A stretch of DNA of 64,000 bases from Azolla caroliniana (taxonomy: Eukaryota > Plantae > Polypodiophyta): NCBI GenBank assembly GCA_043228905.1, contig JBHGNT010000003.1, positions 18,290,001-18,354,000 of the forward strand, in the 5' to 3' direction. Shown one piece after another: positions 1 through 11,933 of the stretch. A model generated the notes under the pieces. It searched no databases and was not told where the DNA came from. It was given only the letters and a program-made list of their open reading frames with translations. The position numbers and the translations under genes are program-made. The stretch's first letter is position 1. Every line of letters starts with the position of its first letter.

Positions 1-1
1 T

Positions 2-2230
2 CGGCACATCGGAAAATGTTACCCTTCGGACTTCGATCGGTTTTTCGACTGATGGATTCATAGCCGACTCGTTGAACACAACGTCCGAACTTCGAACGAT
101 TTGTCTGCGTTCGGGGTCCCAGAGTCGGTATCCCATTTCGCCGTCTGATCCATATCCAAGGAAAATGCATTTCCTGGACCGAGGTGCAAGTTTTCGGCGA
201 TCATCTTTCGGAATAAGGGCGTACGCCTCGCATCCGAAGATCCTCAGCTTGTCGTAATTCGGCTTACTGCCGATCCATAGTTCCTGAGGAATTTGAAGTC
301 CTAGAGGTCTACTTGGCGACATATTGATTATGTGTACTGCCGTGAGTAGAGCCTCTGCCCAGAAGCCATCCGACAGTCCGGAGTGTTGGAGCATGGAAAC
401 TATCCGTTCTTGGATTGTCCGATTCATGCGTTCTGCAATCCCGTTTTGCTCCAGACTGTGTGGTGCCGTAAATTCACGTCGGATGCCGCGTTGTCGGCAG
501 AATTTGACGAATTCTTCTGATTTGAACTCTCCCCCATTGTCGGTCCGAAAGCATTTCAGTTTTCGGTCAGTTTGATTTTCTACCATAGCGAGCCAATCGG
601 AGAAGATCGAGAAGACACGATCTTTGGTGCGAATTGGATAAGCCCACACCTTTCGAGTCGAATCGTCAATAAAACTGACGAAGTAAGAGGCACCGCCAAG
701 AGACTGATGCGGCATTGGGCCACAGACGTCCGAGTGGACTAAATCGAGAGGTCTCGTTTCTCTTGGTGCTGATGTCGGGTGTGATGCGGCTGCTTGTTTG
801 CCATACTGGCAATGTTCGCAGAATTGATGGTCGGAGAAGGAGAGTTTAGGGATGTATCCGGCTCTAGATAGGTGCGTAATGCCGGCCTTGCTGAGGTGTC
901 CTAATCTTCTGTGCCATAGTGATGACACAGGAATATCCACCAAAAACAGGTTACCCTCTCTGAGCGTAACATGTAACGGATACAGTGAGTGTATCTTGGG
1001 TCCTCTAGCAAGCAGGAGGTTTCCCCTGTGGAGTGTCCACCCTCCCGAAGAAAAACTGGCACGAATGCCGTCTTCATCTAGTTGTCCGACTGAGATCAAT
1101 GGCCTTGAGAGCTCGGGTACATGTCGGACATTGTGAAGTACAAGTGTAGAGCCACCTGCAAGGTTGAGCTCTACTGTGCCGATTCCAATGATGTCACAGT
1201 GTTGCGAGTTGCCGACTCGAACTGAGTCGGAGTGACGGATCGTATATTGCCGAAATTGGGATCGATGAGGAGTCACGTGAAATGACGCGCCCGAATCTAA
1301 GAGCCATGTGCTCGATTCTTCAGTCGTGAGCAGAACTTCTGATCCGACTTGATCTTCGATTGATAGTATATTCGGGTCGTTTGGTAGCACATCAGCTGAG
1401 AAGCTGACGTAATTGATCTCCTCATGCCGGCCACTCTTCTTGTCTGATTTCTGAGACTTGTCGTTCTTGTTCTTGAGTGCGCGGCAGTCGGCTTTGATGT
1501 GTCCGGGTTTCTTGCAATAGTTGCAGATTCGATTATCCCGTGATTGGCTCCGTCTTCGCTGATTGTTCGGCTGCCGTGAGGAATCTCTTCCTCGTATGTT
1601 CGATCGGTCTGTCGAACCTTGTACTACATAAGCGTCGTCTGTTGAGTCTTTGGCGAAAGACTTTCTCCGAGCTGCTTCGGTCAGGATTGCGCTCGTGACT
1701 TCGGAGTATTTAACAGCCGTGGTTGACGCGTTGCACACAGTTGTGACGAAAGTTTCCCATGATGAGGTAAGGCTGCTCATGAGTATCATTGCTCTGAGTT
1801 CATCCTCGATTGCCGTCCCCTGAGATGAGATTTGGGAGCTTATGCTTTCGTACTCATTGAGATGTGCTTGAACCGAATCTGATTCTTTCATTCGCAAGTT
1901 GTAGAGGCGCCGGATCAGAAACATCTTCGTTGCAGCGACCTTCTTTTCGTAGGTGTCCAACAGTGTTTTCCACAGTTCGAATGCTGTCGTACACGATTGC
2001 ACCGTAAAGTATACCGATTCCGATAGGTGCATCCGAATCGTGGCGCGGACGATTCTGTCCAGCTTCTGCCACTCAATTGGTTTGTATCCTTCTGGAGGTT
2101 CTTCATTTTCGATGGGATCGATTTGCCCCTTGACTATGAGATAGTCCTGCATTTGCTCCTTCCAGAAGTTGAAGTTCGATCCATCGAACTTTCGTAGACT
2201 CATTTCTGACGAGCCGGATGTTGATGCCAT
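2..2230 (-). CDS. Copia Gag-Pol polyprotein (partial, open to window edge)
   Basis: Manual translation from ATG 2230: MASTSGSSEMSLRKFDGSNFNFWKEQMQDYLIVKG. Zinc knuckle CNYCKKPGHIKADC (~1486-1527), protease WLLDSGASFH (~1280-1308), integrase WHRRLGH / CEHC / VHSDVCGP. Absent from the ORF track, consistent with no stop before the edge. Confidence 0.9.
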   Translation of the reverse strand, partial: MASTSGSSEMSLRKFDGSNFNFWKEQMQDYLIVKGQIDPIENEEPPEGYKPIEWQKLDRIVRATIRMHLSESVYFTVQSCTTAFELWKTLLDTYEKKVAATKMFLIRRLYNLRMKESDSVQAHLNEYESISSQISSQGTAIEDELRAMILMSSLTSSWETFVTTVCNASTTAVKYSEVTSAILTEAARRKSFAKDSTDDAYVVQGSTDRSNIRGRDSSRQPNNQRRRSQSRDNRICNYCKKPGHIKADCRALKNKNDKSQKSDKKSGRHEEINYVSFSADVLPNDPNILSIEDQVGSEVLLTTEESSTWLLDSGASFHVTPHRSQFRQYTIRHSDSVRVGNSQHCDIIGIGTVELNLAGGSTLVLHNVRHVPELSRPLISVGQLDEDGIRASFSSGGWTLHRGNLLLARGPKIHSLYPLHVTLREGNLFLVDIPVSSLWHRRLGHLSKAGITHLSRAGYIPKLSFSDHQFCEHCQYGKQAAASHPTSAPRETRPLDLVHSDVCGPMPHQSLGGASYFVSFIDDSTRKVWAYPIRTKDRVFSIFSDWLAMVENQTDRKLKCFRTDNGGEFKSEEFVKFCRQRGIRREFTAPHSLEQNGIAERMNRTIQERIVSMLQHSGLSDGFWAEALLTAVHIINMSPSRPLGLQIPQELWIGSKPNYDKLRIFGCEAYALIPKDDRRKLAPRSRKCIFLGYGSDGEMGYRLWDPERRQIVRSSDVVFNESAMNPSVEKPIEVRRVTFSDVP

Positions 2231-2913
2231 CAAATTTGGTTTCGGTTGACGAAGCTCGGTTCGGAGTTGACTGTGAACCTTGTTGGAGTGCAGCCGGTTG
2301 GCTCACCCGATATCGTTCTAGTCGGATTTGGACCCGAGTCGGTTCGGCTTCGGATATATGTATTGTTGAACTTGCTCGAATTGACTCCGGTAACTTGAGG
2401 GACAGAACCGACTGGTCTTCCCGAATGTTGCCGAGTCGGAGTGAGCCCGGTTCGCTTCCGAATATATATGCCAAATACCGATTATTGAAACCGATTGTCT
2501 GGACCGATTCTGCTTCGGGTGACTGCAGCGATGCGAGAGACGGATCCAACTGATCCTCCCGAATGTCGATCAGCCGGATGAAGCACGAATTGGGGTTGTT
2601 GTCTTGAGACCGATCTGCACCGAGTGGTTACAATGAGCGGCGAGCAGCGTTTGATGACCTCTTCGGATGCCGTTTAACCGAGTGGAGCGCGATCGTGTCA
2701 ATGTTGCACAAGGGGATTTCACCTCGAGCGGTTACGATCACAAGGAACAGAGTACAACCTGCTGGCTTACTCCAAGCGAAGATGATCTAACGCGATGAGA
2801 TGCAAGCCTCGTTTTTCTTCTTCTTCTCTCTTCTTCGAACGACGCAAGAAACCGAATGTTGTGCAGGCTGAGACGACGGCCGACAGCGGGATGAAGGACC
2901 GAATACTGTGCAG

Positions 2914-2925
2914 GCTCTGATACCA
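2914..2925 (-). promoter_or_regulatory. Primer binding site, tRNA-iMet
   Basis: TGGTATCAGAGC on minus strand, 2 nt from LTR end. Confidence 0.95.
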
Positions 2926-3015
2926 GATGTTGAAGACAGAGGCCGTGTCAATGCGGAAGATCAAATAACATTCGATTTGTGTTGAGAACCTGCGTATGAC
3001 AGTTTGCAAGATCGT

Positions 3016-3018
<3 letters not shown>

Positions 3019-3061
<43 letters not shown>
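3019..3061. repeat. (AG)n microsatellite inside LTR
   Basis: Direct observation. Confidence 0.95.
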
Positions 3062-3067
<6 letters not shown>

Positions 3068-3669
3068 GCACCAAAGACTTTCTATTCGATAGAAACAATA
3101 ATACAACCAACCTTACAAAAAGGTTACAAGGTCACTATATATAGTGACCGACTTAGGGCAACTACCATTTATGCTAATTACACAAATGGCCCAAACTTGA
3201 TCTATACAAAGGGATAGTGTGAATACGTCCATTATACACTTGTATTCGACAATACTTCCAACACATAAGAACATAACTTTTTGATCAACATAATAATTCT
3301 ATTCTTTGTTGGAGAAGGATGTTGCTGTGGGAGGAAGAAGTGTTGCTATGGTGTGATAGCGAGGTATTTATATATTTCTATTACAATGTAATCTGTATTA
3401 TTTGATACTTTTCGGTAGGTTTTGTTACTTACCTAATGGACTATGAAGCATTGTCGTTGGACAGTTACCATGGATAGATGGTGAGGGTGGATGAAGTATT
3501 TATTATTACTATTAGAATGGATAGTGAGTGGATGTGACGAAGCATATTTATGGAGTGACATGGAGGTTTATTTTTAATAATTTTATTATAACTTATTTCA
3601 TATTAGTTGATAGATTTTCTTCTATAGTTGATGGAGGGTGTTGGATGAAGCGTTTACTATAACTATTCA

Positions 3670-4745
3670 ATGGTGGGGTTCATTTATTTTTCAAATTTGG
3701 GGAGTGATTTTCTCATTTTTCTAGGGAGGACGAGTGGAGACAAATTCTCAAAAGGTGTTGTACTAGGAGGTATACATTTGGCAGCAGGTTGAATGTGGAA
3801 AATAGAAGAGTGTCGCAAGATGAAGCTATTTTATGTTAGTTGAATGTGGAGAATAGAGAGTGGTTTGGCTTTGCTTGGGGAAGTCAGCCTTATGGGATTT
3901 TGTATTTTGTATTTTTATTTTATTTTATTTTTAATTTTTTAATTTTTTGCTTTGTGCTTGTGACAAAGATGGATGATGTTAAAGGATGTTGAAGCAGTTC
4001 TAGGGAGTGACAGGGATGCTAGATTATGTTTCAATTATTTTTCAAATTTGGGGAGTGGTTTTCTCATTTTTTTGGGAAGGATGATTGGAGTCAAATTGTC
4101 AAAAGGTATTGTACTAGGATGTATACATTGCTGACTATGAGCAAGTTGAATGTGGAAAATAGAAGACTACCTTACGATGCAACTACTTTGTGTACGTTGA
4201 AAGTGGAATTAGAAGAGTGGTATGGCTTTGCTTGGGGAAGCCATCCTTATGGGAAAATCTTTTTGCTTTGTGTTTGTGACAAAGCTGGATGATGTTAAAG
4301 GATGTTGAAGCAGTTCTAGGGAGTGACAGGGAGGCTAGATTATGTTTCAATTACTTTTCAAATTTGGGGAGTGGTTTTCTCATTTTCCTGGGGAGATGAG
4401 TGGAGACAAAATGTCAAAAGGAATTGTACTAGGATGTATATATTTGGTAGCATGCCTTATGTATTGCTATCTATGAGCAGGTTGAATGTGGAAAATAGAA
4501 GACTGTCTCAAGATGCAGATACTTTGTGTACATTGAAAGTGGAAATTAGAAGAGTGGTTTGGCTTTGCTTGGGGAAGCCATCCTTATGGGAAAATCTTTT
4601 TACTGTGGGACAGAGATGGATGATGTTAAAGGATGTTGAAGCAGTTCTAGGGAGTGACAAGGAGATAGATTATGTTTCATTTACTTTTCAAATTTGGGGA
4701 GTGGTTTCCTCATTTTTCTGGGGAGGATGAGTGGAGACAATTGGT
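3670..4745. repeat. Degenerate tandem repeat, ~315-350 bp unit, ~3.3 copies
   Basis: Anchor TTTTCAAATTTGGGGAGTG at ~3688, ~4039, ~4355, ~4685. Anchor GGATGATGTTAAAGGATGTTGAAGCAGTTCTAGGGAGTGACA at ~3971, ~4287, ~4618. Confidence 0.9.
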
Positions 4746-4959
4746 AGCACGTTGTAGGTGTAGCTAACTATGAACAGGTTGAAGAAGGTCGGTGTTTCAC
4801 GATGCAACTTCTTTGTGTGGAGACAAAGTAATGGAAGATGCTAGAAGGCTACGATATGACCCTCATCTTGTGTGTTTTACCTATGAGGAAAGAGGGACTT
4901 CCGGCTCATGTTATGGCTTCTAAGAATGCACTAATTTAAGGATATTACTAGTATAGATT

Positions 4960-6545
4960 TGACCATGCAACATTGAATCTTGTTGAACAAATGCAAAATG
5001 ATGTTTTTACTTTTGTTCGATGTAATGACCTTTGTAAGTTTGCTAAAGGCAAGGCGCACTATAGGAGTGGTTAACAGGCATAGAAACTCGCAATGGAATC
5101 ATGAGTAACAGCCTGCTAGAAGACAATATTGACCTTGGAAATGCTTTGTTGGACATATGTTATATTTGGCAAGCTTGAAAAGGAAAAAAATAAAAATAAA
5201 AATAAAAACAATAAATGATATTCAGTTTGAGATGTGGTCTCTTGGATGTACGCTAGGTGTTGATCTCTATTAGATACACATGATGTATTTCATATTCTTG
5301 CAAACAGAGATGTTCTCTTGGGGAATGCATCTATTACAGGATAGGTGGACCATGGCTTAGCAGATATACATATACATACATATATATATTATATCCTTTG
5401 TTTGGGGCTTGAAAACATGTGGAAGTATTTGAGCAGTAGAAAAAGGACAAGAGAGTGCACAACAGTATCTACAAATGGGGTTTGAAACATGATCTTGTAT
5501 GGTTTATTTCCTAAGTGGACAACACTTATCTCAAGGTATCTTGAGCAGGACTACCAACTTGATCGGTTATATAGTCTTGTGGAACACACTGCTTCTAAGA
5601 TATGCTGAGTTTGGGCCAATAACGAAGTGCTACATTGTTTTACACAGATTCAGTTAGATGGTTTATTTTCTGAGGGGACAACATTTATCTAAGGGTAATG
5701 TAGTATCTTGGACTGCATTAATTTGTGAATATGATGAGTATGGTTATGTTGAAGAGCTTCAATATACGCTGATCTAGATGCAAATGGAGGGTGTAGCCCC
5801 AAATCTTTCAATCATCTCTCATTTTGGTAATACAAGGGCTCAACAGTTTTGGTCTTACGTGGTGTAATGGATTTCAATTGTTATGTTGGCTTCATGCATT
5901 TTGGCATTTTCTTGAATTATACAATCTTTTTGAAGACAACACTTACCTCTCCCTTGACTTAAACAATTTGTGGTATGGTTTGGTGTGGACCCATATTGGC
6001 AGTATGGGCAATTTTAAATGGAGATTTAGAGAGAACCATGTCATCCTCGAATGTTTAAAATAGGATTTCAATTGTTGTGTTGGCTTCATGCAGTTTGGCA
6101 TGCTTCTTGAATTATACAATCTTTTTGAAGACAACAATTAACTCTTCTTGGACACAAATAATGTGTGGGAATTTGAAGGACTTGGTTGCTGTGGTATTAG
6201 GGATATGTGGAACATGGATTTAGTGAGACAACACTCTCCCTCTTTGTGCAAATGCAAAGACTTGTGTCACACTTGTTTGCTGCCTGAGAGCATGTGTTAG
6301 CATTAGAGCTACATTAGCAGGCAATGAAATTCACAAGGATATTGTACAAAAAGTTGTTGAAATATATTATTTCATTGGCAATACATTAGTAGATATGTAT
6401 GCGAAATGTGGGTCACTTGCCGAGGCACAGGTAGTATTTCACAGGCTTTCAATCTAGGAACAAGTCTCTTGGATTGCATGATTGCAAGATACGCTGAGAA
6501 TGGGAAATTTGAGGAAGTGCTCAATCAATTTCATCAAACAAAGGA
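4960..6545 (+). pseudogene. Degraded PLS-class pentatricopeptide repeat (PPR) gene
   Basis: Interrupted PPR motifs: NNIDLGNALLD (~5123), FVWGLKTCGSI*AVEKGQE (~5397), NVVSWTALICEYDEYGYVEE...MQMEGVAPN (~5697), CCLRACVSIRATLAGNEIHKDIVQKVVEIYYFIGNTLVDMYAKCGSLAEAQVVF (~6278-6440), MIARYAENGKFEEVL. Many stops and frameshifts. Confidence 0.88.
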
Positions 6546-6901
6546 TCCATGGCTAGCCATTGTCTTACACACGATGGGATTGGGAAGGATAGTCACTTCC
6601 TTTCCAACTATTTTGTATTTTGTTGTTGATATGCCTTTTTAAAACTAATGGAAGGATATGTTGATTAGAAAAAAAACTATTGTGGTGGATTATATGAAGA
6701 CCTTGATGCGTAGTGTTGCAATGTAGATATTTGAGAAGAATGTAATCCTAAGATATTAGAGGCTACTTGTGGCAGGAAGGTGTTCCAAAACAGTTTTTAA
6801 GTCTGCATAAATGCCAGGGAGGGCAATTTCAAAGGTCATTGGTGCAAGATTGCAGTAGGTATGAATCAGGTTGAGGCCATACAAAAATGGAAGACACGAA
6901 T

Positions 6902-6943
6902 AGAAGAAGAAGAAGAAGAAGAAGAAGAAGAAGAAGAAGAAGA
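6902..6943. repeat. (AAG)n microsatellite
   Basis: Direct observation; a second (GAA)n run lies at ~7237-7266. Confidence 0.95.
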
Positions 6944-7613
6944 AAGCCGCAAAAGTTGGGATTAACACTCTGTTGTCTTCTAGGGAGAAAGATGATGCAG
7001 GTTTCATGGATGCGCCATACGGTTGAAGCAAAATCGATATACATCGTGCAATATCACTCTTGCTTTTGAGTTTCTAATCTGGAGGACCAGATTCACGCAG
7101 AGTTGCTGTTGTGGAGGCATACAAGGAGAACGGAAGAGAACGCAGTGAAGGATAGATATATTTAAAGAAGATGAAGAAGGATACTGCAGAAAGTAGAGAG
7201 AAGATATAAGAAATATGAAAGAGAAATCGAAATCTCGAAGAAGAAGAAGAAGAAGAAGAAGAAGAAATGAAGAAAGAAGGAATGAATGGTCTGAAGCACC
7301 AGAAGACGACATAGAAGTGGAAGAAAGAGACGGACTGATGTAGAACCGGGAGCAGAGGCAGAGTCATGAAGAAGAAAAGAAATGAAGAAAGACAGAGGAA
7401 GAAGAAGAGAGAAGGAAAAGTAAAAGAGAGGGGTATGCGAGCAATTTCGAGAAGCGCGAGGGCATAAACACAAACGCAAATTATAAAATTTCAAAACTCG
7501 GAGGGCATCAACAGAATTTCGAAAACTCACAACAACTCACACGAAATAAAAGAAACAAGAACACACACATACACGCAATGCTATTTCAAGAACCGAAGGA
7601 TAATATTGAAGTT

Positions 7614-7716
7614 AATGTGCCGACAGAACGAGATGTTTGTGTCGTAGAGGATGTGTCGACGGAACGAGAAGTTTGTGTCATTGAAGATGTGCTGATAGAA
7701 CGGGAGGTTCGTGTCA
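7614..7716. repeat. 36-bp tandem repeat x3
   Basis: Units like GATGTGTCGACGGAACGAGAAGTTTGTGTCATTGAA. Confidence 0.8.
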
Positions 7717-8299
7717 AGCGAGTTTTGGTTGAGGGAGTAGACTAAAGAGAAGATCAAGGGAGTTCCGATCAAATGAGATGTTGATGATATGGCCATGTGG
7801 GTTCGACGTGCAATGCACTGTCCCACAGGTGTGCCATGTGTTATCCGTACGAGAGGTACGGAGATGGTCTATGTATGAAGTTTTGTTGTGTATGTACAAA
7901 TGTGCACTAGTGTGTGAATATATGCGTATATGTATGAACACATGCACACGTGTGTGCATGTGGGTAGTTTGTAGATATGAAAGAGTGTGAGTGAATTGTG
8001 TGTGTGAATAGGGTGTGAATGGATAGAGTGGTATACACCCCTATGTAATCATGTTGATATGTAACCCTCATTGTACTATTTAACCCCATAGGGCAATCCA
8101 TGAATGAGAACAAGAAGTCTTCTCTCCTCTCATCATTTCTCTAACGTCTTTCTCTCTCTCTCTTTCTCCCTCCTCACATTCAACCCCTTGGGATGGGGGT
8201 GGAGCCATTCTTGGTTCCACCCCCACCCCATTATCATGTGACGACATCCATTCTTATCACCCCATAAACACATTGAACTAGACTAGTCTTCAAGTAGGC

Positions 8300-9132
8300 C
8301 AACCGGCTATACTTTCTTCTCGTGGTCGTAGTTGCTCAAAGTGGAATCAAGATCTGATTGGCACCATCCGTGTTCTACCTGGCTAGGCGATATTCGGGAA
8401 GACCAATCGGTTTTGTCCCTCTACTTGTTATAGTCACTTGGAGCAGGATTGACATCTTGATTGACACCATTAATACTTAATCCACAATCAACATTGTGAT
8501 CGGCAATAACAGTGCTCAACTCAGCCAACCGACATTTGGGAAGACTAGTCGGCTCTGTCCCTCTACTCCTTGTAGCCACTTCGAGCAGGTTCGGCAATCC
8601 AATTGTCATTTGAAATCATAATTGGCAATTCAATTGACAAATCCATGTGCAATTTGACTAGGCAAAAGTGAAATAGACTAGTTAGCTCTACTTTGATTCA
8701 GATGTAGTCACTTCGGCCAGGACGAGCCAACTAACCAATTTAGTTCGTGCCTAACTCAACTAGAACAAATTTGGGTGAAATAGCCGATTGCACCTTCCTA
8801 CTGTTCGTAGTCACCTCTGGATAGAACTCCTAGCCGACACAAATCTAGAATGGCATCCACATCCAACTCATCAGAGATGAGTCTCAGAAAGTTCGTTGGA
8901 TTGAATTTCAACTTCTAGAATGAGCAAATGCATGATTGCATGATAGTAAAGGGTCAGATTGACCCAATAAAGAGCGAAAATTCTCTAGAAGGATACACGC
9001 CAAATTAATGGACGAGGTTGTACCGAATCGTTCGCGCCACCATTTGGATGCACCTGTCCGAATCCATCTACTACATAGTGCAATCGTGTACAACAACTTT
9101 CGAACTATGGAAAACCTATGAGAAGAAGGTAG
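8300..9132 (+). mobile_element. Degraded copia fragment (5' UTR + gag N-terminus), related to the element at 1-3251 but in opposite orientation
   Basis: 8850-9130 translates to MASTSNSSEMSLRKFVGLNFNF*NEQM...VKGQIDPI...FELWKT..YEKKV. UTR motif ATTCGGGAAGACCA.TCGGTT.TGTCCCTC is shared with 2399-2428 (reverse complement). Confidence 0.8.
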
Positions 9133-10271
9133 TGTTCGAGATTGAGGCTGTTAGTGCGGAAACAAGAACAACATCTTGTTAGGAAGAACACCAAGTTGAA
9201 GATGAAATAATGAAATGAACATATTTGAAATAGAGACAACTTACCAAGAATCAAGATCAAGGAGACAAAGTATGAGAGAGAGAGAGAGACTAAGGGGCAC
9301 ACAAGAGTAACAATATTATTATCTCAAAGTTACAATGGCAACCACAACCACAACTAGGTTACAAGAGTCAGTTTAAATACCAACTTAGGGCAACTACCCT
9401 TTCCACTATTTACATAAATAGCCTAAAACCTAGTATGTCCAAATGGGACAATGTGAATACGTCCATTATTTCATGTATTCGACACTCCCCAGTAATGGGC
9501 GTATACAAGTTACAACAAAAATTTGTAATCAAGAGAATAGACACAAAATACAGATTTATACAAAGGGTTGTCGAACAACTCGGCTTTTGTCCGAATCGAC
9601 AACATCTGGGAACAAAAGGCCGGGCTGGCTGAGGCCAAAAGAGCTGAAACCAAATCAACTAGTCTGAAAAGGGAATCCCAATCAGAGAGTTTGAAGTTGA
9701 GTTGGCTATGCCTATTGCCAATTGTCTAGAACCATCTTGAATGTCCGACTCAATCAGACTGATTCTTCGATACGCCCATCTAGTGCCGAAAGGATCGAAA
9801 TCGATTTGTCGGATATTTTCTTCGATACGCCCATCTATGACATTATTGGCTATGGATATTTTCTTGAGGTCGATTTCCCCTGAAATGGATATCTCACATC
9901 GATGTGCTTCGAGGCATTGTGTTGGACCGGATTTCTCGACAAAGCAACAACACCTTGATTGTCACTATAGACAACTGGTGCTGAGCCAGAGTTGACTTGT
10001 TGAAACGTGTGCGGTAGCCGATCGAGCCATAAGGCCTCTTTCGCCGCATCAGATGCAGCTACATATTCGGCCTTGGTCGTTGAAGTGGTCGTGCACTCCT
10101 TTAGTTTCGATTTCCCTGAGTTTTCTCCATTACCGAATTTGAAGTAGTATCTGGTTGTCGACTTTCGGCTATCCAAGCAACCGGCAAAGTCCGAGTCGGT
10201 ATAACTGATTACGCCTGAAGTCTCGTTCGGACCAAATAGGATGCCATAGTCTTTTGTGCCCACCAGATATC
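9133..10271 (-). mobile_element. Copia 3' fragment: 3' LTR (9133-9484), PPT, RNase H
   Basis: LTR similar to 2928-3251 (ACTTAGGGCAACTACC; GTGAATACGTCCATTA; TATTCGACA end). PPT ctcccc 9485-9490. ORF 9850-10263 YTDSDFAG...STTKAEY...SDNQG...KHIDVRY. Confidence 0.85.
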
Positions 10272-10560
10272 TGTCATGATATGACCCTAAAAGGAATTGA
10301 ACTCGTGCGCTTATGTTACACGGGTTGAGACCATACCATTAAGTTATTCATTGTAATGCAAAAGATATTATTTTCATTTATTTCATTACAAAAAATTCAT
10401 TTATATTCTAGGTTTCTCTGGAACAGTCTAGAAACTTTAGGAATACCCCTGATAATACTAATGGAGGCATATGGCCATATTCAAAACCAATTCGGTTCAA
10501 CGCTAATCTTAAGCCTCTTAGCTATCCTTGTAATCTTCTTCATATAATATAGTTCTTGTT
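10272..10560. mobile_element. Probable LTR remnant of the Phygy-like family with a tRNA-like module (right boundary uncertain)
   Basis: Abruptly interrupts copia coding sequence with TGTCATGA (cf. TGTCGTGA). Minus-strand A box TAACTTAATGG (10346-10336) and B box AGTTCAATTCC (10303-10293). Confidence 0.5.
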
Positions 10561-11303
10561 ATCATACTTCTTGTTGGGTTGTTGACATAAGGAAATGGTT
10601 TAGAAGATGGGGCATGGATGACCTTTTAGAGCATTCAGGTGATACTATGCATTATGTAATGATTGAGGAAAGGTTGGTGGAATCATTAAGGATGAAGTGG
10701 GAAGATGCTAAGAGGACAAAGCTACAATACTAGATTGCAAATGTGAACCCTAAATGTTGGTCTCAATATAAGCAAGAATGCTTATTGAACGTATCTAATT
10801 GAGTGTATAAGACAAAGGATAGTTGTACAAAATATGAGGGCTTGACCAAATCGATTAGATGGAGTTGTGAATTATAATCGATTATATAGACCAAGGTAAC
10901 TATGAATTAGAGAGAGAGACTCAAGAAATTAAGAGAAAAGATGGAGAAGACAAGAAAGAGATAAGAATGCTACAATATTCTACTATTGATGCAATACAAA
11001 TGGGATAAACTCCAAATTCAACCAAAAAACCAAAGAACTTCTTAGCTTCCAATCACTCAAATCCACAAATTTCTTTCCCTATTCTGCCTTAATCTCTTTC
11101 CTCATTCCATTATACCTCCTCCTTCCCACTCCTAAGATTCTCCCACTTTGTATCTTCTATTTCTGCTTTTATAATCTTCTTATTCTTTTTTTTCCAAAAA
11201 AACACTACTTCGCATTAGTTAGCAAATAGAATACAACAAAGTTTACCCAAATCCACAATGGGATCAACATATACAACTTGGAGGAACGACTCCAAAACTA
11301 TTA

Positions 11304-11428
11304 AACAAAAACAACAAAAACAACAAAAACAACAAAAACAACAAAAACAACAAAAACAACAAAAACAACAAAAACAACAAAAACAACAAAAACGTCAAAA
11401 ACAACAAAAACAACAAAAACAACAAAAA
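11304..11428. repeat. 9-bp minisatellite (AAAAACAAC)n
   Basis: About 13-14 near-perfect units. Confidence 0.95.
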
Positions 11429-11489
11429 CTCAACTGATCCTTAACTCAAACAAAACTGAAATAAACCCTATTTTACCCTGACTCTACAT

Positions 11490-11933
11490 CTCCCAACTAA
11501 CTCTTTTCTAACAACATTATCCGGGTAACATGACTATACGAACCCATGTTTGTGTCAGCTATACATACATAATTACAACCCATGTACAATATTGGGAGCC
11601 ATTGGTGGAAAGGCGCCTGGTAATTCCACTTAGGCCTCGATGAAAATTTGACTATCATGGGAGAGCTACTCCATTTCAGCAAGAACTTTGACCTTGCCCG
11701 TTCTGCTTCTCCTGATTCCACCTGAATCGAATCATACCGACCGTGCAACCAAGTCACAAGATCAAACCAGATATTTAACATCATCTCCCCGCATGAGAGC
11801 TTTTGTTGTTGAAAAACAAACATACAACGCCTGATCCAAATGTGCCAAGCCGTTAAACACGCCACCATAAGCCAAATCTCCTCAAAAAATTCAGAATTTG
11901 TGCTCGGTCTCACCCCATCACATTGGAACATGC
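11490..11933 (-). mobile_element. L1-type LINE ORF2 C-terminal fragment
   Basis: EIWLMVACLTAWHIWIRRCMFVFQQQK matches the W.IW..R...VF motif downstream of zf-RVT. Probably the 3' end of the LINE at 22830-30720. Confidence 0.7.

Larger units (their letters stand above)
1..3251 (-). mobile_element. Ty1/copia LTR retrotransposon, 5' part (5' LTR, PBS-Met, gag-PR-INT); continues beyond left edge
   Basis: LTR 2928-3251 with TGTTGAA...TTCGACA inverted termini. The end is supported by the homologous LTR at 9133-9484. PBS TGGTATCAGAGC (plus strand gctctgatacca, 2914-2925). Copia domain order gag, PR, INT. Confidence 0.93.

Noticed and set aside
4026-4730. Protein-coding repeat gene
   Set aside because: Frames are not conserved between repeat units; indels and stops.
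6756-7530. Poly-F/L/R/S ORFs
   Set aside because: Translations of (AAG)n microsatellites.
10560-10800. RTE-type LINE remnant (SCWVVDIRKWFRRWGMDDLL...KWEDAKRTKLQY)
   Set aside because: Suggestive but short, with no catalytic motif; cannot be supported without a search.
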